Source of the DNA: Clostridia bacterium
GTDB lineage: Bacteria; Bacillota; Clostridia; UBA1212
Direction: 5' to 3'
Assembly: GCA_017461545.1 (NCBI GenBank)
Contig: JAFTXP010000014.1
Coordinates: 8,394-72,393, forward strand
DNA length: 64,000 bases
How positions within the stretch are numbered: position 1 is the first letter of the stretch; the number at the start of each line of letters is the position of its first letter. Under the pieces are notes generated by a model. It saw only the letters and a list, made by a program, of their open reading frames with translations. It was not told the DNA's origin and ran no database searches. Both the position numbers and the translations under genes were made by a program. This document shows, one piece after another, positions 20,435-28,654 of this stretch.

Positions 20435-22023
20435 AACTGTATAAATCTGATGAAATAAAAAAAGCAGATAATTCCTATACAAAGAATGATTTCACGTCTC
20501 TTGTAAATCTGATTATGAGAGCCGGCGAGACTGTATGTAATTTTTTGCCTGAAAATGCATCAGATGTTTTAGTAGTTTCAGGAGCCGGAAATAACGGAGC
20601 TGACGGTCTTGCTGCGGCATATTATTTATCAAAAATCGGATATGATCCGACTGTGTGGATATTAACACGGTCAGAAAAAAATAATGATGTTATTTCATAT
20701 TTTACCGAAAGACTTCAGCGTTGCGGTGTAGTTGTCAATAAACTTTCTCCCGAATCAGATAACGGTCTAATTTTGCGTATTTTGGACGATATAAAAAAAT
20801 CCGATGTCGTAATTGACGGAATATTCGGAACGGGTTTTAAGGGTGAATTATTGCCCATTTATGACACTGTAATTAATTTCATAAATGATTTCAAGAAATT
20901 TACTGTATCCATTGATATCGCAAGCGGAGTAAACGGTGATACAGGCGCTGTTTTCGGTTCAGCCGTAAATGCAGATGTCACTGTTTCATTCTGTAATTAT
21001 AAAATCGGCAATATTGTTATGCCCGGCAAAAAACATTGCGGTAAAACCGTAATTTGCGATATAGGAATGGATTCGTATTTATTCGAGTCAGCTGCAGAAA
21101 AAAGATATTCGGAAAATTTATTTTTTAATTGTTACAGTGACTGTAAAATCGATAAAAGTATTATTAAAAAACATATTGATTCCAGAGATACATTCGGGCA
21201 TAAAGGTGATTTCGGTAAAGTTCTTGTCATAGCCGGTTCTGAAGGTATGACAGGCGCTGCACAACTCTGTGCAAAATCTGCTTTGAAAAGCGGCTGCGGT
21301 CTTGTGTATTTAGCTACACCGAAAAAATTATTAAATATTTATGAAATTACGCTTCCGGAAATTGTAAAAATTCCTCTCGGACAAGAGGATAGCAGTTATT
21401 TTACTGAGGAATATTGTGATGAATTGCTTAGATTTTCTAAAAATATGGACACTGTAGTTATCGGCCCCGGATTGGGTCGTAAAGACGAAACTGTTTCATT
21501 TGTAAGAAATTTTATCAGTCAGTGTGATAATTGCAATTTAGTTATCGATGCAGATGCTTTATACGCATATATAAACGATATAGAAACGCTGAAAAATAAC
21601 TTAATCGATAAAGATTTTGTTATAACGCCTCATGACGGTGAATTTTCCAATCTGACAGGTGAAGCATCACCTTATAAAGACAGATTGACTTTAATAAGAC
21701 AATTGGCATATTATTTAAGCGGAAATGTTCTGTTAAAGGGTAATTCTACAATAATAGCCAATAATAAATCAGGATTTTCGATAAATTTGACGGGAAACTG
21801 CGGTATGGCGACCGCCGGAAGCGGAGATGTACTGTCGGGAATTATTGCCGGTCTTTCTGCATCGGCAAAATTAAGCATGTATGAAGCAGCTTTTTGCGGA
21901 GCATATATTCACGGATTAAGCGGAGATATTGCAGCCGAAAAATTGACAGAAATTGGTTTAAATGCATCTGATATTATAGATTTTTTACCTAAAGCATATA
22001 AAAAGGTGATTGAAAATGAATAA
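20431..22023 (+). CDS. nnr: Bifunctional NAD(P)H-hydrate repair enzyme Nnr (epimerase/dehydratase)
   Basis: N-terminal YjeF_N pattern (VVSGAGNNGADGL). C-terminal carbohydrate-kinase pattern (GHKGDFGKVLVIAGS, GSGDVLSGII). ATGA overlap with the ecfT stop. Confidence 0.85.
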   Translation: MKLYKSDEIKKADNSYTKNDFTSLVNLIMRAGETVCNFLPENASDVLVVSGAGNNGADGLAAAYYLSKIGYDPTVWILTRSEKNNDVISYFTERLQRCGVVVNKLSPESDNGLILRILDDIKKSDVVIDGIFGTGFKGELLPIYDTVINFINDFKKFTVSIDIASGVNGDTGAVFGSAVNADVTVSFCNYKIGNIVMPGKKHCGKTVICDIGMDSYLFESAAEKRYSENLFFNCYSDCKIDKSIIKKHIDSRDTFGHKGDFGKVLVIAGSEGMTGAAQLCAKSALKSGCGLVYLATPKKLLNIYEITLPEIVKIPLGQEDSSYFTEEYCDELLRFSKNMDTVVIGPGLGRKDETVSFVRNFISQCDNCNLVIDADALYAYINDIETLKNNLIDKDFVITPHDGEFSNLTGEASPYKDRLTLIRQLAYYLSGNVLLKGNSTIIANNKSGFSINLTGNCGMATAGSGDVLSGIIAGLSASAKLSMYEAAFCGAYIHGLSGDIAAEKLTEIGLNASDIIDFLPKAYKKVIENE

Positions 22024-23203
22024 TAACTTAGAAAGAGCTATCGGAAGAACATGGGTTGAAATCGATCTTGACAATCTTGCTTATAACGCAAGACTTGTAA
22101 GAGAAAAAACCTCGGAAAACGCTGAAGTTATGGGGATTGTAAAGGCTGATGCATACGGCCACGGAGCGGTGGAGTGTGCCAAAATTCTTTTAAATAACGG
22201 TATCTCAAGGCTGGGTGTATCAATGCTTGATGAGGCAATTCAGCTCAGAAATAACGGTATTAAAGCGCCGATATTAATTTTAAGCGATGTCGAATCAGAA
22301 CGATGCGATGAATTGGTTTTAAATGATATAACTGCAGCTGTTTTTACAAAAGAGTATGCGGAGCGCCTTTCTAGATGTGCTAAAATGTTTAATAAAAAGG
22401 TAAAAATACATATTAAACTTGATACGGGAATGGGCAGAGTAGGTTTTAATCCTGAAAATGATATTGACGTCATTGAATATATATCGAAATTGCCTTTTGT
22501 TGAAATAGAGGGCGCTTTTTCTCATTTTGCTGTTTCTGATGAAGATACTGATGAATATACATATATACAATTCAAACGTTTTTGTTCGGCAATAGAAAAA
22601 ATCGAATCAAGAGGAATAAATGTTCAAATAAAGCACATTTCTAACAGTGCCGCAATATTGAGATTTCCTGACATGCATTTAAATATGGTTCGTGCAGGCA
22701 TAATATTATACGGTCTGCATCCTTCATCAGTAACAAAAGCATTAAATATTGAATTGAAACCTGTTATGACTTTAAAGTCCAGAATTACATTGATAAAAAC
22801 ATTGTCGGAAGATTCACCAATAAGCTATGGATGTACATATACCGCAAAAAAAGGTGACAAAATCGCAACAATACCGATTGGCTATGCAGACGGTTTTCAA
22901 CGCAGACTCGGAAATAAAGCAAAAGTCTGTATCAACGGAATAAGGGCAAATATTATAGGAAGAGTTTGCATGGATCAATGTCTTGCAGACGTATCTGAGA
23001 TTGAAAATATTTCTGCCGGTGATGTTGCAATTATTTTCGGAGGAAACATTACATGTGATTACAAAGAAAATATTTCTTGTGATGAAATTTCTGAATTATC
23101 AGAAACTATAAATTATGAAACTGTTTGTTTAATCGGAAAAAGAGTTCCTCGTGTATATATCGAAAACGGTCAATACACAGGTGTTACAAACGGCTTAATT
23201 TGA
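22010..23203 (+). CDS. alr: Alanine racemase
   Basis: VKADAYGHG PLP-lysine motif and PIGYADGF. Confidence 0.9.
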   Translation: MKMNNNLERAIGRTWVEIDLDNLAYNARLVREKTSENAEVMGIVKADAYGHGAVECAKILLNNGISRLGVSMLDEAIQLRNNGIKAPILILSDVESERCDELVLNDITAAVFTKEYAERLSRCAKMFNKKVKIHIKLDTGMGRVGFNPENDIDVIEYISKLPFVEIEGAFSHFAVSDEDTDEYTYIQFKRFCSAIEKIESRGINVQIKHISNSAAILRFPDMHLNMVRAGIILYGLHPSSVTKALNIELKPVMTLKSRITLIKTLSEDSPISYGCTYTAKKGDKIATIPIGYADGFQRRLGNKAKVCINGIRANIIGRVCMDQCLADVSEIENISAGDVAIIFGGNITCDYKENISCDEISELSETINYETVCLIGKRVPRVYIENGQYTGVTNGLI

Positions 23204-23231
23204 TGAAGCAGAGTTTTAGGAAACTTCAGGT

Positions 23232-23265
23232 AAAATTGAACAAAATAAAAATTTTGTTCAATTTT
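23232..23265 (+). terminator. Perfect 15-bp AT-rich inverted repeat just after alr (possible weak terminator)
   Basis: AAAATTGAACAAAAT - AAAA - ATTTTGTTCAATTTT. A third TTGAACA copy follows at 23265. Confidence 0.4.
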
Positions 23266-23332
23266 GAACAACAAAAAGCCTCATTTGGCTTAATTAAGGA
23301 AAATTCCTTTATAAAAGGTAAAATTAAAAGCT

Positions 23333-23504
23333 AAACAGAAATTCTTCTGACATACCAATCTTTATCAGATAAATTTCTGTTTAATTTTGAAATAAAAACA
23401 TAATCATGTACTATTTGATAAATAAACAGAAAATGAAAAGTTTAATAGAAATTTTTCTGGCATACCAAACTTCATTAAGAAATTTTCTATTTAATTTTTA
23501 AATT
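23333..23504 (+). repeat. Two copies (~111 bp apart) of a ~60-nt hairpin module upstream of the PHP phosphatase gene
   Basis: Copy 1 (23333-23393): AAACAGAAATTCTTCTGACATACCAATCTTTATCAGATAAATTTCTGTTTAATTTTGAAAT. Copy 2 (23444-23504): AATAGAAATTTTTCTGGCATACCAAACTTCATTAAGAAATTTTCTATTTAATTTTTAAAT. Each copy can fold as a stem-loop. Confidence 0.6.
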
Positions 23505-23523
23505 ACAGTTAGGAGCTTATTTT

Positions 23524-24321
23524 ATGTATACAGATACTCATACACATACTACGTTTTCTTCTGATGGGAAAATGAGTCCTGAAGAAGCTGTTATTGCTGC
23601 AAAAGAAAAAAATCTATCAGGTATTGCATTTACAGATCATTTTGATTATGACTATCCCGGTAATAATCATGAATTCAGATATTCTTTTGATGAATACTTT
23701 GATAAGATTGTTCCTATAAAAGAAAAATATGCCGGAGATTTTTCTGTTTATACAGCTGTTGAAGTCGGTTTTCAAAAACACGTATACAATGAAATAAATT
23801 CAATTATTAACAAATATGATTTTGATTTTATTATTGGTTCAACCCATGTTATAAACCGTGTTGATCCGTATTCGGGAGAATTTTATAAAGGGAGATCTAA
23901 AGAAGAAACATATCTTGAATATATAAAAGCTGTATATGAAAATGTTATGCTTTTTGATAATTATGATGCTATGGGACATTTTGATTATCATATTCGTTAT
24001 GCAACAATGTTCAAAAATAGAACATTTTATTACAAAGACTTTTCTGACTACATGGATGAAATTTTTAAGCATCTAATTTCCAAAAATATTGCCTTGGAAA
24101 TCAATACATCTACATATCAAAAAGTTCCTCTGGATACTCAGAATTTAATCAGATATAAAGAATTAGGCGGCGAAATGGTCACACTTGGTTCCGATGCACA
24201 CCGTGTTGAAGATATTGCCAGAATATTCAAGGAAATATTACCTATTATAAAGGACTGCGGCTTTGATTACATTGTACATTTTGAGCAAAGAAAGCCTGTT
24301 TTTGATAAAATTATTCTTTGA
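23524..24321 (+). CDS. PHP-family histidinol-phosphatase-like protein (HisJ/HisK family)
   Basis: MYTDTHTHTTFSSDG metal-binding N-terminus, AFTDH, GSDAH motifs. 265 aa. Confidence 0.7.
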   Translation: MYTDTHTHTTFSSDGKMSPEEAVIAAKEKNLSGIAFTDHFDYDYPGNNHEFRYSFDEYFDKIVPIKEKYAGDFSVYTAVEVGFQKHVYNEINSIINKYDFDFIIGSTHVINRVDPYSGEFYKGRSKEETYLEYIKAVYENVMLFDNYDAMGHFDYHIRYATMFKNRTFYYKDFSDYMDEIFKHLISKNIALEINTSTYQKVPLDTQNLIRYKELGGEMVTLGSDAHRVEDIARIFKEILPIIKDCGFDYIVHFEQRKPVFDKIIL

Positions 24322-24361
24322 CATTTGTTGTTTAATATATTAGAATATCAAGGCTTGTTAT

Positions 24362-24433
24362 TGGGATGTCGCCAAGTGGTAAGGCTCCAGATTTTGATTC
24401 TGGCATCCGCAAGTTCGAGTCTTGCCATCCCAG
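24362..24433 (+). tRNA. tRNA-Gln (anticodon UUG)
   Basis: 72 nt. Acceptor TGGGATG/CATCCCA, anticodon stem CCAGA/TCTGG with loop TTTTGAT, T-loop GTTCGAGTC. CCA is not encoded. Confidence 0.9.
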
Positions 24434-24441
24434 TACATTTT

Positions 24442-24485
24442 GAGAGGTACTTTTGTTGGTAGGCAAAGGTGCCTCTTAATTTTTT
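24442..24485 (+). terminator. Terminator after tRNA-Gln
   Basis: GAGAGGTAC ... GTGCCTCTT stem (two G-U pairs on the + strand), followed by AATTTTTTT. Confidence 0.6.
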
Positions 24486-24585
24486 AAAAGAACACTGTCG
24501 TGGTAATTCTATATCTTCCCCTACTCTGTATTTAAATCTATATTTTTCTAATATATAATTTTGCTAAAGAAAGCGGTGCATTGTG

Positions 24586-25638
24586 ATGAAGAAATTAAAT
24601 ATTTTCCAAAAAATACTTGCTGTTTTGGTTTTATCAGCCATTGCAATTGGTTTTATTGCTTGCGACACCAATATATCTAAATCAGATATTAAAAATCCAC
24701 TTGTTGTAACCCAGGAAAATGAGTCAAACAGTTCGATATCGGACAGTGTTTGGGAACTTGTGTCACATGATGAATCGGTTCTTGAAAAGAAAATGATTGT
24801 AAATAATGGTAGATTATATTCATTTTCTGCAGATTACAGTAATGTTTACGGGGATGCAAATGTTGAATCATTAAATGAAGAATGTATGACTATTTTGGCA
24901 CAATGGGCGCTTTCTGCATTAACATTTGATTTTTCATTACATGTTCCTCTTTTTCAGAAAGAGTTAATCGAAGAAGAAATCTATACAGTATTTGCCGATG
25001 AAGGTTTTTCTCCTGAAGACGGCATAAAAAAGATTTCAAATGATGCATATGAGCTATTTCCTTATGAAACCGTAAGAATTGAATATAAGATTTCTGAAGT
25101 TAAATATAACGACAATAATGTCATAGAAGAACTCATTAATTATAACGGTTTTTTTGAAAAATTTGGTCTTGATATAAATAAACTTAGTGATGTAATTGAA
25201 TATACTATAGCCGATTCTCGCATAATTTTTGATGATTTCTTATATTACAGTTTTTTTACAGACGGAGATGGTTTTGACGGTGACGTAATTATCTATAAAT
25301 ATGACGGTAAATGGTATTTGCATTTTTCAAATCTTGACAACGACCTTTCAATTGATATTTTGCAATCAGAAAAGGAAAAAAATGACGGATTTTTTACATC
25401 TGACAGCACTTGCGGTAAGATTACGAGTATTGATAAAGATTATATTTGCCTTGATGAGAAAAAGTATTTTTCTGTCAAAAATTATAATTCCGACATAAAT
25501 GTTTCTGTGGGAGATTTTGTTGAAATACAACATTATCAGCAAACAATGCAATTCAACAAATTATCTGATGATACAGAATGTACTTTCGATGTTGCCATAA
25601 GCATAGAAAAAAAAGAATGTTATTACCATTACAATTAA
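24586..25638 (+). CDS. Lipoprotein, hypothetical
   Basis: Signal peptide with lipobox AIGFIACDT. No recognisable family. Confidence 0.5.
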   Translation: MKKLNIFQKILAVLVLSAIAIGFIACDTNISKSDIKNPLVVTQENESNSSISDSVWELVSHDESVLEKKMIVNNGRLYSFSADYSNVYGDANVESLNEECMTILAQWALSALTFDFSLHVPLFQKELIEEEIYTVFADEGFSPEDGIKKISNDAYELFPYETVRIEYKISEVKYNDNNVIEELINYNGFFEKFGLDINKLSDVIEYTIADSRIIFDDFLYYSFFTDGDGFDGDVIIYKYDGKWYLHFSNLDNDLSIDILQSEKEKNDGFFTSDSTCGKITSIDKDYICLDEKKYFSVKNYNSDINVSVGDFVEIQHYQQTMQFNKLSDDTECTFDVAISIEKKECYYHYN

Positions 25639-25642
25639 TTTC

Positions 25643-25669
25643 GGCGGTCTATCAAAGACCGCCTTTTTT
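25643..25669 (+). terminator. Rho-independent terminator between convergent genes
   Basis: GGCGGTCT - ATCAA - AGACCGCC followed by TTTTTT. Confidence 0.75.
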
Positions 25670-25687
25670 CTTCACCACTACTCTTTT

Positions 25688-26137
25688 TTACAAATATTGC
25701 TCCATTTTAAATTGAAGTGATTTTTCAAGATCAATTAGTCGTTTTGTGATATCTTTTGCTCTTTTATCAGCATTTCCATACTTGTTTAGATATCTGTTCA
25801 ATGATTTTACGCCCATGTTGCATCCGTCTGTTATAATATCTGCAACTTTATTGTCTGTTTCATCCATTCCAAGCTTTATATTTGTTTTCATCCAGGACAT
25901 TGATTCTGCAATCGGATTCGGATCTTTTCCGTCGTAATTAAAGTTATCTAATATATTATTAAGATCTTTTTGCATTTTTTCATGTTCTATTTTGCTGTCA
26001 ATAAGAATTTGATTGAGTGTTTTTGATTTAACGTGCTCCATTACATCGTCAATAGCTTTAACACCCATTTTTACGCCTGCATCACATTCCTTTAAAAGTT
26101 TTACGGTGTCTTGTTCTTCCAATATCTTGTTATTCAT
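25688..26137 (-). CDS. Hypothetical helical cytoplasmic protein
   Basis: 149 aa, charged and predicted all-helical, no TM segment. I could not place the family with confidence. Confidence 0.45.
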   Translation of the reverse strand: MNNKILEEQDTVKLLKECDAGVKMGVKAIDDVMEHVKSKTLNQILIDSKIEHEKMQKDLNNILDNFNYDGKDPNPIAESMSWMKTNIKLGMDETDNKVADIITDGCNMGVKSLNRYLNKYGNADKRAKDITKRLIDLEKSLQFKMEQYL

Positions 26138-26253
26138 AAATTTTCTCCTTTTGGAATATATTTTTATCTATATTATTTGCATTAAAATCATATTTTATGC
26201 TAATATGCATATTTGTCAGATATATATAATTTTAATGAATTGAAGGACATATT

Positions 26254-27327
26254 ATGAAAAAAATTATTCTTACAGGCGGCGGATCTGCCGGCCATGTTAC
26301 CCCGAATTTGGCATTAAAACCTTATCTTTTGAAAAACAAGTTTGAAATACATTATATCGGCTCTGAATCCGGAATTGAGAAGGATATTATCGAAAAAGAA
26401 GATAATATAAAATATCATCCTGTCCGTACAGGTAAACTGAGAAGATATTTCTCGTGGAAAAATTTTACTGATCCTTTCAGAGTTATCGGCGGATACAGTG
26501 ATGCAAAGAAACTCATGAAAGAAATCAAACCCGATGTTGTTTTTTCAAAAGGCGGTTTTGTTTCAGTTCCGGTTGTTGCAGCGGCTCACAAGTATAAAAT
26601 CCCCGTTATATCTCACGAGTCTGATATGACTCCCGGTTTGGCAAACAAATTATCAAAAAGATTTGCAACAAAATTATGTGTTACATTTCCGGAAGCTCTC
26701 GAACATATTTCAAAAGAAATTGGTGTTTTTACAGGCTCTCCTATAAGGCATGAACTTTACTCAGGAAATGCCCAAAGAGCCCGCAAAAAGTTAAATTTTG
26801 ACTCAAAACCTGTTTTATTAATTATCGGCGGCAGTTTAGGTTCAAAAGTTATAAACGAAGCTGTCCGAAGCAATCTGGAAACCCTATGCAAAAAGTTCAA
26901 TATTATTCATTTATGCGGTAAAAATAACATCGCCGAAATAAACGATTCAGCAATTTCAAGGTCCTATAAACAATTTGAATTTGTAAAAGAAGAGCTTCCG
27001 GATTATTTTGCTTTGTCGGATTATATTATTTCCCGGGCAGGCTCCAATGCAATTCATGAATTTCTTGCATTAAAGAAACCAATGCTTTTGATTCCGCTGT
27101 CAAAGGCGGCGAGCCGCGGAGACCAGATATTAAATGCAAAATCTTTTGAAAAGCGCGGTTATGCAATTGTTTTGGAGGAAGAAAAATTAACCCCCTCTAC
27201 TCTTCTTAAATCGCTGGATTATCTTGAAAAAGACAAAGATAAACTGATTGCTGCAATGTCATCAAATAAAAATGCTGACGGTACCGATTCAATCACAAAA
27301 ATAATCGGTGAGGTTTGCGGGATTTAA
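26254..27327 (+). CDS. murG: UDP-GlcNAc:lipid I N-acetylglucosaminyltransferase MurG
   Basis: [22 protein letters not shown]-terminus and C-terminal RAGSNAIHE...DQILNA pattern. Confidence 0.9.
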   Translation: MKKIILTGGGSAGHVTPNLALKPYLLKNKFEIHYIGSESGIEKDIIEKEDNIKYHPVRTGKLRRYFSWKNFTDPFRVIGGYSDAKKLMKEIKPDVVFSKGGFVSVPVVAAAHKYKIPVISHESDMTPGLANKLSKRFATKLCVTFPEALEHISKEIGVFTGSPIRHELYSGNAQRARKKLNFDSKPVLLIIGGSLGSKVINEAVRSNLETLCKKFNIIHLCGKNNIAEINDSAISRSYKQFEFVKEELPDYFALSDYIISRAGSNAIHEFLALKKPMLLIPLSKAASRGDQILNAKSFEKRGYAIVLEEEKLTPSTLLKSLDYLEKDKDKLIAAMSSNKNADGTDSITKIIGEVCGI

Positions 27328-27386
27328 TCGAATTTTTAAGTTGTTAAGAAATTAAATTTATGTTAAAATACAGTCCGCAACAAAAT

Positions 27387-27468
27387 GCGGATGTGGTGGA
27401 ACTGGCAGACACGCCGGATTTAGGTTCCGGTGCCCGAAAGCGTGCAGGTTCAAGTCCTGTCATCCGCA
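27387..27468 (+). tRNA. tRNA-Leu (anticodon UAG), long variable arm
   Basis: Acceptor GCGGATG/CATCCGC, anticodon stem CCGGA/TCCGG with loop TTTAGGT, T-arm GCAGG-TTCAAGT-CCTGT, discriminator A. Confidence 0.9.
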
Positions 27469-28146
27469 TAAACAAAAAGTCCCTTGTGTCAAAAAAGACA
27501 TGAGGGACTTTTTGTTTTCAGAAATTATAGACAGGACGCAGAACCTGCGCAAGTTCAATAAGTGAGACACCGCGAGGACGAGCAAAGCGAAGTTCAAGCG
27601 GCAATGTCGAACGTATGCAGTGAGCGAATGAAGAAAGTGATTTATATCAAAGTTAATCACTTTCAAAGCGAGTCGCTGTCCTGTCATCCGCATAAACAAA
27701 AAGTCCCTTGTGTCAAAAAAGACATGAGGGACTTTAGTTTTCAGAAATTATAGACAGGACGCAGAACCTGCGCAAGTTCAATAAGTGAGACACCGCGAGG
27801 ACGAGCAAAGCGAAGTTCAAGCGGCAATGTCGAACGTATGCAGCGAGCGAATGAAGAAAGTGATTTATATCAAAGTTAATCACTTTCAAAGCGAGTCGCT
27901 GTCCTGTCATCCGCATAAACAAAAAGTCCCTTGTGTCCAAAAGACATGAGGGACTTTAGTTTGCAGAAATTAAAGACAGGACGCAGAACCTGCGCAAGTT
28001 CAATAAGTGCTATTCCAAGAAGTCGAGTCGAAGACGAAGAATGATTGGCTAAATAGCACGTATGCAGCGAGCGAATGAAGAAAGTGATTTATATCAAAGT
28101 TAATCACTTTCAAAGCGAGTCGCTGTCCTGTCATCCGCATAAAAAG
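27454..28146 (+). repeat. Three tandem direct repeats (224/223/224 bp), each starting with the tRNA-Leu 3' end, plus a fourth solitary copy of that 3' end
   Basis: GTCCTGTCATCCGCATAAA occurs at 27454, 27678, 27901 and 28125. Units 1 and 2 differ at two positions. Unit 3 has an internal 48-nt replacement. Confidence 0.95.
27478..27518 (+). terminator. Terminator after tRNA-Leu (repeated at ~27702 and ~27925)
   Basis: AGTCCCTTGTGTC - AAAAAA - GACATGAGGGACT followed by TTTTGTTTT. Two G-U pairs form only in + strand RNA. Confidence 0.8.
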
Positions 28147-28150
28147 TATA

Positions 28151-28197
28151 AATCCGAACTTTCTTATAGTCGGAGATGGGTTCGGATTAATTTTTTT
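28151..28197 (+). terminator. Rho-independent terminator after the last tRNA-3'-end copy (probable original tRNA-Leu terminator)
   Basis: AATCCGAAC ... GTTCGGATT 9-bp stem followed by AATTTTTTT. Confidence 0.75.
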
Positions 28198-28220
28198 AGA
28201 AAGCAGTTTGCCGTTTTTAT

Positions 28221-28652
28221 TTAACTCTTTTCTATTGTTAGACTTTTCAGTATCGAATCCAGTTCGGGGAATCTTTTTTTTACAATTATAGGAAATCCTT
28301 TTTTATCAAGAAAACAATGTTCTGTCGTTGCGGTTAAAACAGTTTCATCTGTTTTATTATTTAGCATAACATATTTAAAAGAAAGTTTTATTCCAGTATA
28401 TTTTTCAACTTCTATATTTATTCTTATTTCATCATCAAAAGTTGTTGTATGTTTGTACTTGCAATTAACCGAAAGTACAGGAGAAACAATACCGTCAGCT
28501 TCTAATTTTGCATAACCAAATCCATAATGATTTAAAAATGATGTACGAGCTTCCTCCATCCACCTGACATAGTTGGAATGGTGTGTTATTCCCATTTTAT
28601 CAGTTTCATAATAATTAACTCTGTGAATATAATTATATGATTCATTTTCCAT
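28221..28652 (-). CDS. Acyl-CoA/acyl-ACP thioesterase, hotdog fold (YbgC/4HBT family)
   Basis: RVNYYETDKMGITHHSNYVRWMEEAR motif. 143 aa. Confidence 0.8.
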   Translation of the reverse strand: MENESYNYIHRVNYYETDKMGITHHSNYVRWMEEARTSFLNHYGFGYAKLEADGIVSPVLSVNCKYKHTTTFDDEIRINIEVEKYTGIKLSFKYVMLNNKTDETVLTATTEHCFLDKKGFPIIVKKRFPELDSILKSLTIEKS

Positions 28653-28654
28653 AT

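Noticed and set aside
27460-27940. Minus-strand ORFs of 79 aa and 68 aa (27460-27699, 27734-27940) with near-identical sequences
   Set aside because: They lie entirely within the tandem tRNA-Leu-linked repeats, which explains the duplication. They have no RBS and run antisense through the terminator hairpins. Their reading frame is an accident of the repeat.

The G-U pairs in the hairpins point to + strand RNA as the functional strand.
27454-28146. Possible CRISPR array (regular repeats with one variable internal segment)
   Set aside because: The period is ~224 bp with >170 bp conserved per unit, and only one variant cassette. There are no 25-40-bp repeat/spacer alternation, no leader and no cas genes in the window.
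24362-28200. Genomic island or prophage integrated at tRNA-Gln or tRNA-Leu
   Set aside because: Genes flanking both tRNAs are ordinary: a lipoprotein, murG, a thioesterase and birA. No integrase, excisionase or phage genes are present. Only the small non-coding modules at tRNA-Leu carry att-like duplications.
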